A stretch of 63,947 nt of DNA, the filler included. It is 9 parts of 9 records of this genome, joined end to end, with 100 filler letters (N's around TTAATTAATTAA, not from the genome) between each part and the next. Parts side by side here need not be neighbours in the genome. Positions count along the whole stretch, not along the records: positions 9,186 to 18,470 come from SRR31147125_58033; positions 18,571 to 25,246 come from SRR31147125_58140; 7 more parts are not named here. One strand, 5' to 3'. Shown here in pieces: positions 10,804 through 22,058 of the stretch (position 1 is the stretch's first letter; each line of letters starts with the position of its first letter). Position numbers and translations under genes: made by a program. Under the pieces are notes generated by a model. The model was not told the DNA's origin. It did no database searches and saw nothing but the letters and a program-made list of their open reading frames with translations.

Positions 10804-11288
10804 AATATTCTCCGTTTGATTGAATGTTAGGTGATTTAAAGGGGATCAATATAGGTATATTAATTAAGTAGAACAAGTTAATAATAAATATTATTTAAAA
10901 AATATTTGTGATTAATAAATTTTATTTTTACGATTGTTTAAAACTTTGTTCTTTACTTGTTTGAAAATTTTTATAAAATAAACTGGTTTTGAGGTTATGA
11001 CAACGTACGCACCGATAATTTATCAGTACAAGAAAGGGGAAGGTTTTAATCAGTATTATATTAAGGATATAAAAAATGTGTCCTTTTCGTAAGGTTTTAA
11101 TTACAATACAAAATTTCACCCAAATTGCGTAAAGATTGCACTGTAAATAATATAAACAAGTGTAAAATGTGATACAATAATATAGGCAGGTAAACAACAA
11201 TCACACTTTTTGAGGGCTTAATTTATAAGCCAAAGGTGGTGATTGATATGATAAAAAACAAAATAGCTCGTAAAATTTTAACAACAGG

Positions 11289-12533
11289 TTATTTTTTTAT
11301 TGCAGAACGTAATGCCTCTAATTCTTTTTCCATATTTTTGATACGGTATAACAGAATTTGCTGGTCAATCCGGGGTGATTCGGAACTATAATGAGTAGCA
11401 GTTTCAATCGCTCCGGGATTTTGTGCTCCCTCAGAGGCAGGGACAGCGTCTTGAGTGAAAGCTTCTTTTTCAGTTGCCGGATCTGGTTGACCTATCTCGA
11501 TATCCACAACATGTTTTTCTTTGCCACGTAAAACACCAAATTTGATTTTACTTCCAGCCCGATGTCTTTTTATTTCACTTGCCAGTTTATAAGCTCCTCC
11601 AACATTTTTATCATCTAGCGTACATATAATGTCACCCATTTTCAGACCTGCTTTATGAGCCGGACTGCCTTTTTTTACATTGCTGATATGAACCCAACCG
11701 TCTTTACCTGGCCAGTTATCGCCTGTGACACCTATCCAACCTTGTTCTCCGGTGTTTTGATAAATGATCTGGTTGACACGCTGCTTTACCTTATCTAAGG
11801 GATAAGCCAGCGCACCTTCATTTGACAGAAAGGGAGCATTATACATGACATTGTTATCAGGTGGTAATATTCGGGCAGCTAATATACCTACGAGATTCCC
11901 CTCTGTATCAAAAATGGGCCCGCCAACACTACCGGCAGCTACATTTGTTGACATTTGAATAATTCCATCACTCCTGATAGCATTCACCATTCCAAAGGAT
12001 ACAGCTGGTGTCACACCAAGAGAATTGCCTATTACGATGACAAAACAGCCGGAGCGTAATTCATTCCTCTCAGTCGCTTTTGCTGGCTGAAATTTAAGAT
12101 TTTTGGTCTTTATGATGGCGAGGCCGAATTCGGCTTCGATGCCTATCAGTGTCCCAGGTTGAGTACGGCCATCATAGGTTTCAACTTTGATGTCCTGACT
12201 GCCCTGAACAATACTGGCTAATGTGATAATATGGGTAGAATCTATAGCAATCCCGGAACCTATGTTTTCCATTTCAAGGGGTATATTTTCAGCAGATCCA
12301 TCTGAAAGATTTAAAAATGAAGATTCTTTATCAACAAGATTAAGATTATAATTTGCTGATATTGTAACGACAGAAGGTTTGACTTTATCAATTATTGTCA
12401 ATATGTCCTTCTCGAGGTCACTTAAGGTATGGGCGTCTTTTGAAAAAGTGTAACAGGGTACTAGTAATCCAATAATAAAAATAAATTTTATGTATCGGTT
12501 ACAAATGTCTAACAAAAGAGTTATCATTTTCAT
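11289..12533 (-). CDS. HtrA/S1C trypsin-like + PDZ protein with degenerate catalytic triad
   Basis: VKPSVVTI, GSGI, IGNSLG, GGPIFD..G.LVGI, PDZ (GWIGV...GSPAHKAGLKMGDII). Triad positions read S, G and V. Confidence 0.88.
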   Translation of the reverse strand: MKMITLLLDICNRYIKFIFIIGLLVPCYTFSKDAHTLSDLEKDILTIIDKVKPSVVTISANYNLNLVDKESSFLNLSDGSAENIPLEMENIGSGIAIDSTHIITLASIVQGSQDIKVETYDGRTQPGTLIGIEAEFGLAIIKTKNLKFQPAKATERNELRSGCFVIVIGNSLGVTPAVSFGMVNAIRSDGIIQMSTNVAAGSVGGPIFDTEGNLVGILAARILPPDNNVMYNAPFLSNEGALAYPLDKVKQRVNQIIYQNTGEQGWIGVTGDNWPGKDGWVHISNVKKGSPAHKAGLKMGDIICTLDDKNVGGAYKLASEIKRHRAGSKIKFGVLRGKEKHVVDIEIGQPDPATEKEAFTQDAVPASEGAQNPGAIETATHYSSESPRIDQQILLYRIKNMEKELEALRSAIKK

Positions 12534-12574
12534 GTGATACCATTTTCAACTAAAAATAAGAAATTCAAAATATA

Positions 12575-13213
12575 TTAGAATCGAACCGAGGTACTGGCTT
12601 GCTGTACCAATGGTTTGGTTTGTCTTTTATATGTTTGTTGTTGGTTTTGTGTTTTTGAAGCTCCTGTGTCATTTGGTCTGTTTGAGGATGAACGATAATT
12701 CCTGCGAGTTGTAGGAAAATCGTTTGGAGAAGCAACCTCTATTACATAATTTTTCATCTTTGCTCTATCGGTGATGTTACTTTTGGATTCTGTTGTTACA
12801 GAATAGGGAGTGGAATAACTTGTCAGAGGGGGCGTATAATTGAGAGAGCCGTTATTTTGTGTAGAAAACGTTTTACCCAAAAAGAAACCGAGAAATAAAA
12901 GAATAACACCGGCACCAGCAAAGGCTGGAACTTTAAAGACAAATCTGTTTTGTCTGCCTTTTAATAAAGTTCTTTCGTTCATAATCTCTCTTCTCAAACG
13001 TGACTGAAAAATGATGTCAAAGTTCTGAGAAGTTTTCAAATTTGGCAAAGATGAGAGTGATTTAGATAAAAATTTGATTTCGTCAATTTTTTTATGACAT
13101 TCAGGACAATTTTCAAGGTGTGTTTCAATTTGAAGTTTTAATGATCCATCAATATCTCCATCTAAATACTTTGTCATGTTTTTGGAAATTTTATCGCAAG
13201 TATTCATAAGCAA
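12575..13213 (-). CDS. Zinc-finger (zf-HC2/ZAS) transmembrane anti-sigma factor
   Basis: YLDG...HLENCPEC motif, one TM segment, directly downstream of the ECF sigma gene. Confidence 0.88.
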   Translation of the reverse strand: MLMNTCDKISKNMTKYLDGDIDGSLKLQIETHLENCPECHKKIDEIKFLSKSLSSLPNLKTSQNFDIIFQSRLRREIMNERTLLKGRQNRFVFKVPAFAGAGVILLFLGFFLGKTFSTQNNGSLNYTPPLTSYSTPYSVTTESKSNITDRAKMKNYVIEVASPNDFPTTRRNYRSSSNRPNDTGASKTQNQQQTYKRQTKPLVQQASTSVRF

Positions 13214-13248
13214 ACTTTTTCCTTCATATTAATAGGCTTTTTATCGAA

Positions 13249-13851
13249 CTAGCCATTTTTTTCCTGATTCATTAGATTCTTTAATTTACTTTGCAGTTTA
13301 AGTCTGGCTCTGTTTAAACGTGATTTAACCGTACCAAGGGGAACTCTCATTATTTTACCTACCTCTTCGTATGAAAGTTCCTGAATGTCTCGTAAAATGA
13401 TAACTTGCTTAAACCTTGCTGGAAGCTCATCTATTGCCTTTTGTATGATCTCTTCTTTTAGAGAACCTTCAGCATCACGTTCGGTATTAGCCGTGGTATC
13501 CTCTATTTCATATTCTTTTTCATCATAACCTATTTCTGATATAGAAACGATTTTGCGGCGCTTGCGCTTTCTCAATTCGGTCTTGGCTAAATTACTGGCT
13601 ATCGTATAAATCCACGTGGAAAATTTTGCTATCTGGCGATAGGCATGCCGATTGCGATACAACCGCAGGAATGTTTCCTGAACCACATCTTCCGCTTCTT
13701 CTGTGTTTCCTAAAAATCGATAGGCAAAGTTAAGCAGTTGATCTTTATATCGATGAACAATTTGGTCGTAAGCGTATAGATTGCCTTCTTGAAATTGTTT
13801 TATCAGCTCTTCATCAGATGGTTTTTTGGAACTGTTTCTATTTTTGTTCAT
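13249..13851 (-). CDS. ECF sigma-70 factor (RpoE/SigW-like)
   Basis: AEDVVQETFL, FSTWIYTIASN, LSYEEV...GTVKSRLNRAR. Confidence 0.95.
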   Translation of the reverse strand: MNKNRNSSKKPSDEELIKQFQEGNLYAYDQIVHRYKDQLLNFAYRFLGNTEEAEDVVQETFLRLYRNRHAYRQIAKFSTWIYTIASNLAKTELRKRKRRKIVSISEIGYDEKEYEIEDTTANTERDAEGSLKEEIIQKAIDELPARFKQVIILRDIQELSYEEVGKIMRVPLGTVKSRLNRARLKLQSKLKNLMNQEKNG

Positions 13852-13863
13852 GCTCTATGTGTT

Positions 13864-13889
13864 CAACATTGTTTTTCGTCAAATGTTCC
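13864..13889 (-). promoter_or_regulatory. Putative ECF-type autoregulatory promoter GGAAC-N17-GTTG
   Basis: Minus strand GGAAC atttgacgaaaaacaat GTTG, ending 12 nt before the sigma ATG. Confidence 0.65.
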
Positions 13890-13895
13890 AGTAAT

Positions 13896-14892
13896 TTATA
13901 ATAAATTCAACCGAAATAAGAGAGTTTCCAGAATCAGTTTGGGTTTTTGATAACTTGATTTTAGGTGCTTATCAGCCTCCAGAAGCAATTGAAATGCTTT
14001 GTCAAATTGAGTCCTGTTAAAGCGGGCTGATTGCTGGGCATAATTTTTTAGAAAAAAAGGATGGATTCGTAATGATTTGGCTATTTCATCATCCCTTGTT
14101 TTTCGGGCTTTTAATTCTTTTACCTTCATCAGTATCTGGAAATGTCTCGATAACATAGTCATGATGACAACAGGTTGTTCGCCCAGTTGCAGCATATTAC
14201 TGAGAATATGCAGGCTTGATTTTATGTTTCTTTTTCCAACTGCATCACAGAGTTCAAATACATTGAATTGTTTGGATATACCCACGACAGACTCCACATC
14301 TTCCAATTCAATGTTCGATCGTTCACCAAGGTTTAATTTTATTTTTTCAATTTCAGAACTTATCGAACGTAAGGAATTGCCTGTGCTCGTATGGAGCAAT
14401 CGAACTGCGTCATCGGCTATCGTTAATTTTTGTTCTTTTAAATATGTTCTTATCCAGTCCGGGACCTGATTTTCATACAAGGATTTAAATTCAATCGCCT
14501 GGGATTCTTTTTTGATAATGTTCAAAGCTTTTTTTTTGGTGTCTATTTTTCTGGCTGTCAGCACAAGACAGGTTGTTTCAGATGGCTTTTGTACATATTT
14601 TGCCAGTATTTGCATACTGGTCGCTGATAATTGTTCGATATTCCTGGCGATGACAACCCGGCGTGTAGCCATAATAGGGTAGGATGAAGCTGCATTGATG
14701 ATCTTGGCGCCGTCGGCTTCATTTGCATAAAAGATGTCTAAATTGAAATCATCCTCTCCTGGTTCCAAAGCTTTTTTTGATTTCAGCTTCATACCTTTTT
14801 ATCAGAAAATCTTCTTCTCCATAAAAAAGATAAACAGGTGCAAATTGCCCTTTAGTCCATTCTTTTTGGATATTGCCAATATTTGTTTTCAA
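13896..14892 (-). CDS. holA: DNA polymerase III delta subunit; frameshift in A-run near 14775
   Basis: TTG start at 14892 gives ...APVYLFYGEEDFLI; the second frame continues DDFNLDIFY...NVFELCDAVG...LLEADKHLKSS. Confidence 0.9.
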
Positions 14893-14902
14893 AGAATTCC
14901 TC

Positions 14903-15031
14903 TTAAATGTCAGCTGGATCTTGCTGTTTTTTGTGTTCTTCTTTTTTAATGGCCAGACTAAGACAATAGGCAAACCCACCCCAGATAACAACCATTAAAA
15001 TTATCATCATTAATAGTGCGCTCGTTTGCAT
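14903..15031 (-). CDS. 42-aa single-TM protein, MetS-like small subunit of NSS transporter
   Basis: Manual translation MQTSALLMMIILMVVIWGGFAYCLSLAIKKEEHKKQQDPADI*; VIWGGF motif; starts 7 nt after the NSS transporter stop. Missed by the ORF track. Confidence 0.75.
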   Translation of the reverse strand: MQTSALLMMIILMVVIWGGFAYCLSLAIKKEEHKKQQDPADI

Positions 15032-15038
15032 GGTCAAC

Positions 15039-16513
15039 TCATCTCGTTGAATTTATTTGTATCTTTTTTACAAGCCATCGGTTTAATAGTAAAAATAGAA
15101 TTATGACAACTCCCCATTGAAACAGGCATGTTCCGACACTGAATGATTTGAACGGATGCCACCATGCTGATGGTTCATATATGGCGATGGATTGATAGAA
15201 CCACCAGGTTATTAATAGGATGAATTCAATGGGTATAATATAACGTATAAAGATCGTGAACCATTGACCTAATTTTATGTCATTTCCTTCTATATTGACG
15301 AGTTTATTTAAAAAGCGTTTCGGATTGTATTTATTTATAGCAAACGTAAAAAAACTGCCACTCACAATCAGTCCGATACCCCATACCCAATCCTGGTTTT
15401 CAAAAAAAGACATATTTCGCGCCGACGGAATACCTAACAAGACACTGAAAATCCACACAATCAAAAGAGATTGTCCTCTCTTCATGCCAAGATCAATTAA
15501 ATTGCGCACGGCAAGTTCAATCATGGCCAGAACAGATGTCAGGGCGGCTATGGTTAAAGAAAGAAAAAAAATCGTCGTGAAAATGGTGCCACCCGGCATT
15601 TGTTCAAAAAGTCTGGGCATCCATATAAAGGCCATCCCTGTACTGGCCGGTCCGGTCTCCATAAGAACTTCTTTCGCATTGACACCCAGGCTGGGCGCAA
15701 GCGCAAAAACCGCTGGAAAGATGGAAATCCCAACCAGTAAGGACGCAGAGTTGTTGCCCAGTCCTGCGAGAAACGAGTTGAGAACAATGTCCTCTTTCTT
15801 ATGCATATAAACGGCATAGGTTAATAAAAGTCCCCATCCAGCTCCGGTAGACCATGCGGATTGAGAGAGTGCCTCTAACCACACCTGATATTTTAATAAT
15901 ACCTTCCAGTCCGGAGCGAAAAAAAGTTTAATCCCTCTGCAGCACCACTCAGGGTAACAGCCCGAATGGCAGCCAGAACGATCATTACAAGCAAAGCAGG
16001 TATGAGTATTTTATTGGCACGTTCAATACCTTTCGTAATGCCTCGTAGAACAAGGTATGCAGCCACAGATATGGAAAGACCATGAAAGATAATGGGTTGC
16101 CAGGTATGGCCGGTAAAAGTAGACCACAATATCTCAGGACTGGTTCGCGAAAGCTCACCCGTGACTGACGCAAGAAAAAATCGCAAACACCATCCCATTA
16201 CAACCGAATAATAAAACATGATCGCTATTGTACAAAAACCAACAAATCCACCCATCCAGGCGAACTTGGGACCAACGAATTGGGCAAATGCACCAATAGT
16301 GCCTTTGCGGGTGTGTTTACCAATCGAAAATTCACCTATTAAAAGCGGAATGGACCATAAAAAAAGAAAAAGAAACCAGGCAACTAAAAAGGCACCTCCA
16401 CCATTCTTTGCCACAATTCGCGGAAAACGCCATATGTTGCCCGTACCAATGACCATACCAAGGGCGGCTAATATAAGAGCCCATCGCGATGAAAATGTCT
16501 CATGCTTGGCCAC
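15039..16513 (-). CDS. Sodium-dependent transporter, NSS/SNF family; frameshift in T-run near 15922
   Basis: GTGNIWRFP, NGGGAFL, FYYSVV.GW; the second half (WLEALSQSAWS...) is in another frame. Confidence 0.92.
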
Positions 16514-16631
16514 TTGGTTTTAATCCCTCTGTTTGTTATTTAATGGTGATTTTTATTAATAATAATGCATGATTTTGAGATTGTAACAAAAGATGCCTGG
16601 GTAAAATTCACCATTCAACGGATTTAATAAA

Positions 16632-17447
16632 TCACAGAAACAAAAGTCCAAGGATACCGATCGCCAGACAATAAGGCGCAAACCAATATAGCTTGCCTTT
16701 GCGCACAATTTTAAGCAATGATTCAATGGCAAGATAGCCTGATATATAAGAGACAATTGTACCAATAGCTAAATTTAAAACCGTCTGTTGATCCAGGCCT
16801 GTTGAAAACATATCTACTGATTTGAGTATCGTCGCTCCCAGAATAGCAGGAATGGATAATAAAAATGAAAAACGTGCTGCTTTTTCACCGTCTAATTTAA
16901 AAAACATACCAAAGCTGATGGTTGAACCGGAACGTGAAATGCCCGGAAAAATAGCAAGTGCCTGAGCACATCCCATAATAATGGAATTAACAGTGTTTAA
17001 TTCTTTATTTGCTTTTGGTTTAAATAGTGTAGAAAATAAGATGATAGCCGTCAAAATGAGCATGCCACAAACAAGGCGGGGATCATTAAATGCGGCTGTG
17101 ATTGAGTCTTCGAATAATAGGCCCACTATAACAGCCGGTATGGTTGCAATAATGATGAAAATCATCAACCGAAATCCGTCGTCATTGTTGAACCGATTTC
17201 CCAAATTTGTGATGCTGTTTTTTTGAAAGAGTGAAAAAAATGTTCGAACGAGAAGCATAAAATCGCTACGAAATGCTGTTATAACAGCCAAAAGTGTTCC
17301 AAAATGAACAAATACCTCAAAAAGGATATCTTGTTCTGGTATACCTAAAAGTGTCTTTCCCAGGACAAGATGCCCTGAACTGCTGACCGGTAAAAATTCC
17401 GTTAATCCTTGTATTAATCCCAGTATAATTGCGTCTCCGATTCCCAC
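16632..17447 (-). CDS. uppP: Undecaprenyl-diphosphatase (BacA)
   Basis: QGLTEFLPVSSSGH, PGISRSGSTI, AARFSFLLSIPAI. Confidence 0.97.
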   Translation of the reverse strand: MGIGDAIILGLIQGLTEFLPVSSSGHLVLGKTLLGIPEQDILFEVFVHFGTLLAVITAFRSDFMLLVRTFFSLFQKNSITNLGNRFNNDDGFRLMIFIIIATIPAVIVGLLFEDSITAAFNDPRLVCGMLILTAIILFSTLFKPKANKELNTVNSIIMGCAQALAIFPGISRSGSTISFGMFFKLDGEKAARFSFLLSIPAILGATILKSVDMFSTGLDQQTVLNLAIGTIVSYISGYLAIESLLKIVRKGKLYWFAPYCLAIGILGLLFL

Positions 17448-18002
17448 TAAATTCTCCTGCTTCTACAAGTGCTGATATTAACAAATATGAAATGTTGGAT
17501 TGAAAAAGGTTTGCATCGCAAAGCGGCTTGTCAAGCCTAAATAACCTAATTTTATAAATATATGTTATTTGTGAAAATATTGCAAGACAAAAATCATGGA
17601 TGAAATATCAACGGGATGAGCCTATTTTTATTTTATTATGTTTTTTATAATGAGTGGCCAATCCAAAAGATATTAATAGAACGTTATGATAATTTCTGGT
17701 TCAGAGTCACAAGCATTTCTGATCCACCAAAGGATCTTATTAAAAATGTGAATAGCAACCTATAATAAATTGTTTAATTCTAATAACATAATGATTGTGC
17801 GTTATAACCACCCCAATTCTATATTATCAACTTTATAACTGTCATGTCAAAAGCCGGGATGAGATGAGAAAAAATGTAGTAATAGTGGTTTTTGATAAAA
17901 TGAAAGGACCTATCCATAGCATCATTTATATAAACGATGTACAATTCCAGTACATATTATTTACAATAGGAGAGTCATTGTACGAAATGAGGGAGGTGTC
18001 TT

Positions 18003-18470
18003 ATGATTCGTAATGTTATAATTGTAATTATACTTTTGATCTTTGGGGGTGTTTCGGCCCAGGATGAACTGAAACAAGTCCGCCTGTTTCAAAATTTTTT
18101 CAGAGACGCTCCAATTACTTCTACCCCTTATGCTGATGCTGGCTTTTCATTCAGCAACTTTGATGCAGCAAATTTAATGTCGCTGGGTGTTCAGGGTGGA
18201 TTTCAGGCTAAAGAATTGCTGGAAATAGGAGGGAGTATAAATTTTTTGAGTGTGAATCCGGATAATGGCGATGGAGAATCGGGTATATCCGATATAATCA
18301 TTGCTGGCAGATACCTTTTGAAACCGGATGAAACAAAAATATCGGCCGGGGGATTTATCACTTTGCCCGTTGGGGAAGAAAAAGTGGGTCAAAGTAATTT
18401 GAATTTTGGTGCTTTTGGTGCCTTACGCCATCCTCTTGAAAGTGGGATGGTTATTACAGGCACTTTGGGA
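18003..18470 (+). CDS. Secreted/outer-membrane hypothetical protein (truncated at spacer)
   Basis: SD GGAGG, signal peptide, beta-strand pattern with GESGISD and TLPVG. Confidence 0.65.
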
Positions 18471-18570
18471 NNNNNNNNNNNNNNNNNNNNNNNNNNNNNN
18501 NNNNNNNNNNNNNNTTAATTAATTAANNNNNNNNNNNNNNNNNNNNNNNNNNNNNNNNNNNNNNNNNNNN
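18471..18570. other. Artificial contig spacer
   Basis: N-run/TTAATTAATTAA/N-run. Confidence 0.97.
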
Positions 18571-18732
18571 AACCAGTCCGCAGATTTCAAGCACCCCTTC
18601 GTCCTGGAGCCTGTTGACCCTGGAACGTACGGTGTTTTCGGTGATGGCGAGTTTGTCAGCGATTTTCTTAAAGGATTTTTTTCCCTCTTTTAGTTCCCTG
18701 ATAATGTCGATGTTGGTTTGGTCGATTTTCAT
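18571..18732 (-). CDS. Lrp/AsnC family regulator (N-terminal HTH, truncated)
   Basis: MKIDQTNIDIIREL...IADKLAITENTVRSRVNRLQDEGV. Confidence 0.85.
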
Positions 18733-18958
18733 TCTACCTCTTTTTTTTGCGCAAAAAAAATGGAAAAATTGAATTTATTGTGAATATATTGAAGATTACC
18801 GTACGATATGGATAATGTCAAATAAATTTTGGGAAATTTTGGAAAAAATAAATTTTTTTTGGAAAAATTAATGAAAATCATATATAATCAGGTTTAATTA
18901 TCGTAAATTATCAGTATTAAAGTAAAGAATATCAATTTTAATTGAAGGGGAGGGGGAC

Positions 18959-20403
18959 ATGGCAAATAAATTGCTTATCATCGGCGGCGGACCCGGCGGC
19001 TATGTTGCTGCCTTAAAAGGTTCAGCCCTTGGGGCCTGCGTGACTCTGGTTGAAAAGGAAAACCTCGGGGGCACCTGTTTAAACTGGGGGTGTATCCCCT
19101 CAAAAATCATGAAAAATTCGGCAGATCTCTTATTAAAATGTATGAAGGCCGGATCCCTCGGGGTGAAAATCGAGGGCGGGGTCAGCCCGGATATGGGGGC
19201 CTTGATGGCCCACAAGGAAAAAATTCTGGCCAGCCAGAGAACGGGCCTGTCCGGGCTCATGAAAAAAAACGGGATTGAGGTGGTATCCGGGCAGGCCAGG
19301 ATTGAAGGCCCGGGGAACGTATCTGTGGATTCCGGGGAAGGGGAAAAAGGGTTCTGGCCTATGACAAACTCATCATTGCCACAGGCACCCGGCCCATGGA
19401 TGTACCAGATTTTCCCTTTGACCACATAAACATCCTTTCTTCCAATGACATGCTTTGCCTGGACCGTATCCCGGCATCCATGACCATTGTGGGGGGCGGG
19501 GTGATCGGATGCGAGTTTGCCTTTATCTTTTCAGCCTTGGGATGCGATGTCACCGTGGTGGAGGCCATGTCCCGGCTGCTGCCCCTGCCTTCTGTGGATC
19601 TGTCCTGTTCAAAGCTGCTGCTCCGTGAAATGAAAAAGCAGAAGATCAAGGTCTTCTGCGATACTGTGGTGACCAAAGCCCAAAAGGGAGAAAAGGGCCT
19701 TGACATTTCTCTGGATCTCAGCCCCTTTACGGATAACCCCAGGCCCAAAAAACTGAAAACCCAAAATCTGAATTCCGAGGTTATGGCGGTATGCATCGGC
19801 AGAACCCCCCTGTCCGCCGGCCTGGGACTGGAAACCATCGGTCTTAAAACGGATAAGGGCGGATGGATCCAGGCCAATGGGCATATGGAAACCGGTGTGG
19901 AAAATGTATATGCCATCGGCGACATTCTGGGGCCTCCCAAAATCATGCTGGCCCATGTGGCCTCCCACGAGGGATTGGTGGCTGCGGAAAACGCCGTGAA
20001 GGAGGGGGGCGGGGATAAAGCGGTCATGAACTATGATGCCGTGCCCGGCGCCATTTTCACCATGCCTGAAATCGGCACAGTGGGCTTAAGCGAACACGGG
20101 GCCATGGAACAGGGCATTGAGGTGGAAACCGCCGTGGTGAATTTCAGGGTCCTGGGCAAGGCCCAGGCCATCGGTGAAATTGCCGGGGAAGCCAAGATGA
20201 TTGTTGAGGCCGGCTCCCGCAGGGTCCTGGGGGTGCACATCATCGGCCCCCATGCCACGGACCTTATTGCCGAAGCCACCCTGGCCATTGAGCAGGGGAT
20301 GACGGCGGACCAGGTGGCCCATGTCATCCACGCCCATCCCACCCTGGCCGAGATCATGGGTGAGGTGGCGTCCAAGGCTTCGGGCATGCCCCTTCACGGA
20401 TAG
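18959..20403 (+). CDS. lpdA: Dihydrolipoyl dehydrogenase; frameshift near 19345
   Basis: GGGPGGYVAA, GGTCLNWGCIPSK, GGGVIGCE and HAHPTLAE, split over two ORFs. Confidence 0.95.
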
Positions 20404-20436
20404 GGCCTTGCATTGTATGGCCCGGGGCTTTTTCTT

Positions 20437-21003
20437 TTACCCGGAATCCTCCCGGGGCCTGAGCACTTTGGCGGGTGCCTGGTCTTCGAAGCTGAATCCG
20501 GCCAGAAGATCCCTCAATGCCTGCCTGGCCTCCTGGGTAAGGGCCGGGCAGGCATCAATCCCCTTGGCCCCCTGGCTGAGGCGGAGGGCAAAGACCATGC
20601 AGGTGGCTTCCCGGCATTCCCTGCAATTGGTCCCGGGCAGATGCTTGAGGATCTGGGGAAGGGCGGGTTGTGCCTTTCCCTCATGGCAGGGAATGATGGA
20701 TGCCCGGTTTTCCCAGGCGTCATTGATTTCCCTCTGGATCCATTGAATGATTTTCAGGGCCTGGTCCCTGTCTTTTATCCCGTTTACCGTGATCTGGCCC
20801 GGTGAGACCGAAATAAGCCTTCCCTGGGTTTGAAAGGTTACGGCGGGCAGGTCCTTTACATAAACGCTTCCGCCCAGAACTGCATTTAAATAGGGAATGG
20901 CCGGGCCCACATTCTGGTCAAGCCGGGCCACGGCATTGACGCTCAAGGCCCCGGGCAGGCAGTGGTTGTTGACGATGGTCAGGTCAAATGATGTCAGCAG
21001 CAT
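20437..21003 (-). CDS. Fe-S cluster-binding protein (C-terminal FeS domain)
   Basis: LPGTNCRECREATCMVFA...CP four-Cys motif; SD AGGAG. Confidence 0.8.
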   Translation of the reverse strand: MLLTSFDLTIVNNHCLPGALSVNAVARLDQNVGPAIPYLNAVLGGSVYVKDLPAVTFQTQGRLISVSPGQITVNGIKDRDQALKIIQWIQREINDAWENRASIIPCHEGKAQPALPQILKHLPGTNCRECREATCMVFALRLSQGAKGIDACPALTQEARQALRDLLAGFSFEDQAPAKVLRPREDSG

Positions 21004-21140
21004 GGGCTTCTCCTGATGATGGTTTTATTGGTGCCCCCCCCCCCCGGCCTTCGGAGCAAAAGGGTGCGAGGTTGATCGGCAGCGCAAAAGTTTGTTATAT
21101 AAAGGGTGGTCATTAGATACTTTTTCAGAAAGGATACAAC

Positions 21141-22019
21141 TATGCCGGGAAAAATAATAACCTGTCTTTCCGTCTGCCTTATCATCCTTTCTTTTTCCTT
21201 ACCATTGAAAGCTGAAGAACCCAAGATCAGAATCCGCTCACCCCAGTCTGAACTGGATAAATCCCACGCCTATTTTGCCTCTCTTCTGCAACTGGCCCTG
21301 GATAAAACCAAAGGGGAATACGGATCGGCAACGGTATGGGTAACCAATTTCAACGCCTCCCAGGCCAGGGTCCTTAAATCCCTTGCCGACAACCGGTTTA
21401 TCGATGTGGAATGGGCCGGTACCAACCTGGACCGGGAAAAAATCCTTTATCCCATTCGATTCCCTCTGGTGGCCGGTCTCACGGGGTGGAGAATTCCCAT
21501 CGTCCGTAAAGACCGGTTAAAAGAATTCGAACATATCCGCACCCTGACGGATTTTAAAAAATTCACTGTGGTCCAGGGCATGCACTGGCCGGACGCGGAT
21601 ATCATGGAAGCCTCAGGTATTCAGGTCATGCGGGTTGCCACCTTTGAGCAGATCTATCCCGCCCTTTTTTGGGGGCGTGCAGACTGCAGCCCGCGTGGAC
21701 TCCAGGCTGTTACCTCAGAACTTCAAGGGAAAGTGGAAAGGGATTTTACAGCCGTGATGAACCTCATCATAAAATACCCCTTTCCCATGTATTTTTTTAC
21801 CAGCCTGGACAAGGCATGCCTTGGGGCGCGAATTGAAAAAGGCCTGATCAATGCCCTGAATGACGGCAGTTTTTTAAAACACATGCAGACCCATCCCGTA
21901 ACAAAATCCATTTTCCCCCTGTCCAGATTCGAGAATGCCACCTTTATCAATCTTTCCAATCCGTTTTTGCCCCCGGTACCCCTGATTTAGAGCCGTCCTC
22001 CTGGCTGAAGGCGCCCTGA
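21141..22019 (+). CDS. Stand-alone periplasmic substrate-binding-fold protein; probable C-terminal frameshift near 21972
   Basis: Signal peptide; LALDKT, QG..WPD..I, GR.D..PRG, YPFPMYFF; the alternative frame ends LPPGTPDLEPSSWLKAP*. Confidence 0.7.
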
Positions 22020-22058
22020 AACCCTTGCCCGGCAAGGCAATGTCATGTGTTTTTACGC

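Noticed and set aside
10928-11200. 90-aa ORF in AT-rich intergenic DNA (also 17795-18013)
   Set aside because: No RBS or motifs; composition typical of spurious AT-rich ORFs.
13896-14892. Split holA (also lptB, kdsA, lpdA) as pseudogenes or programmed frameshifts
   Set aside because: These are housekeeping genes broken at homopolymers across unrelated contigs, so sequencing error is the simpler explanation.
14749-14991. 80-aa ORF from the track
   Set aside because: Chimera of the wrong frame over the small TM gene and the true holA N-terminus.
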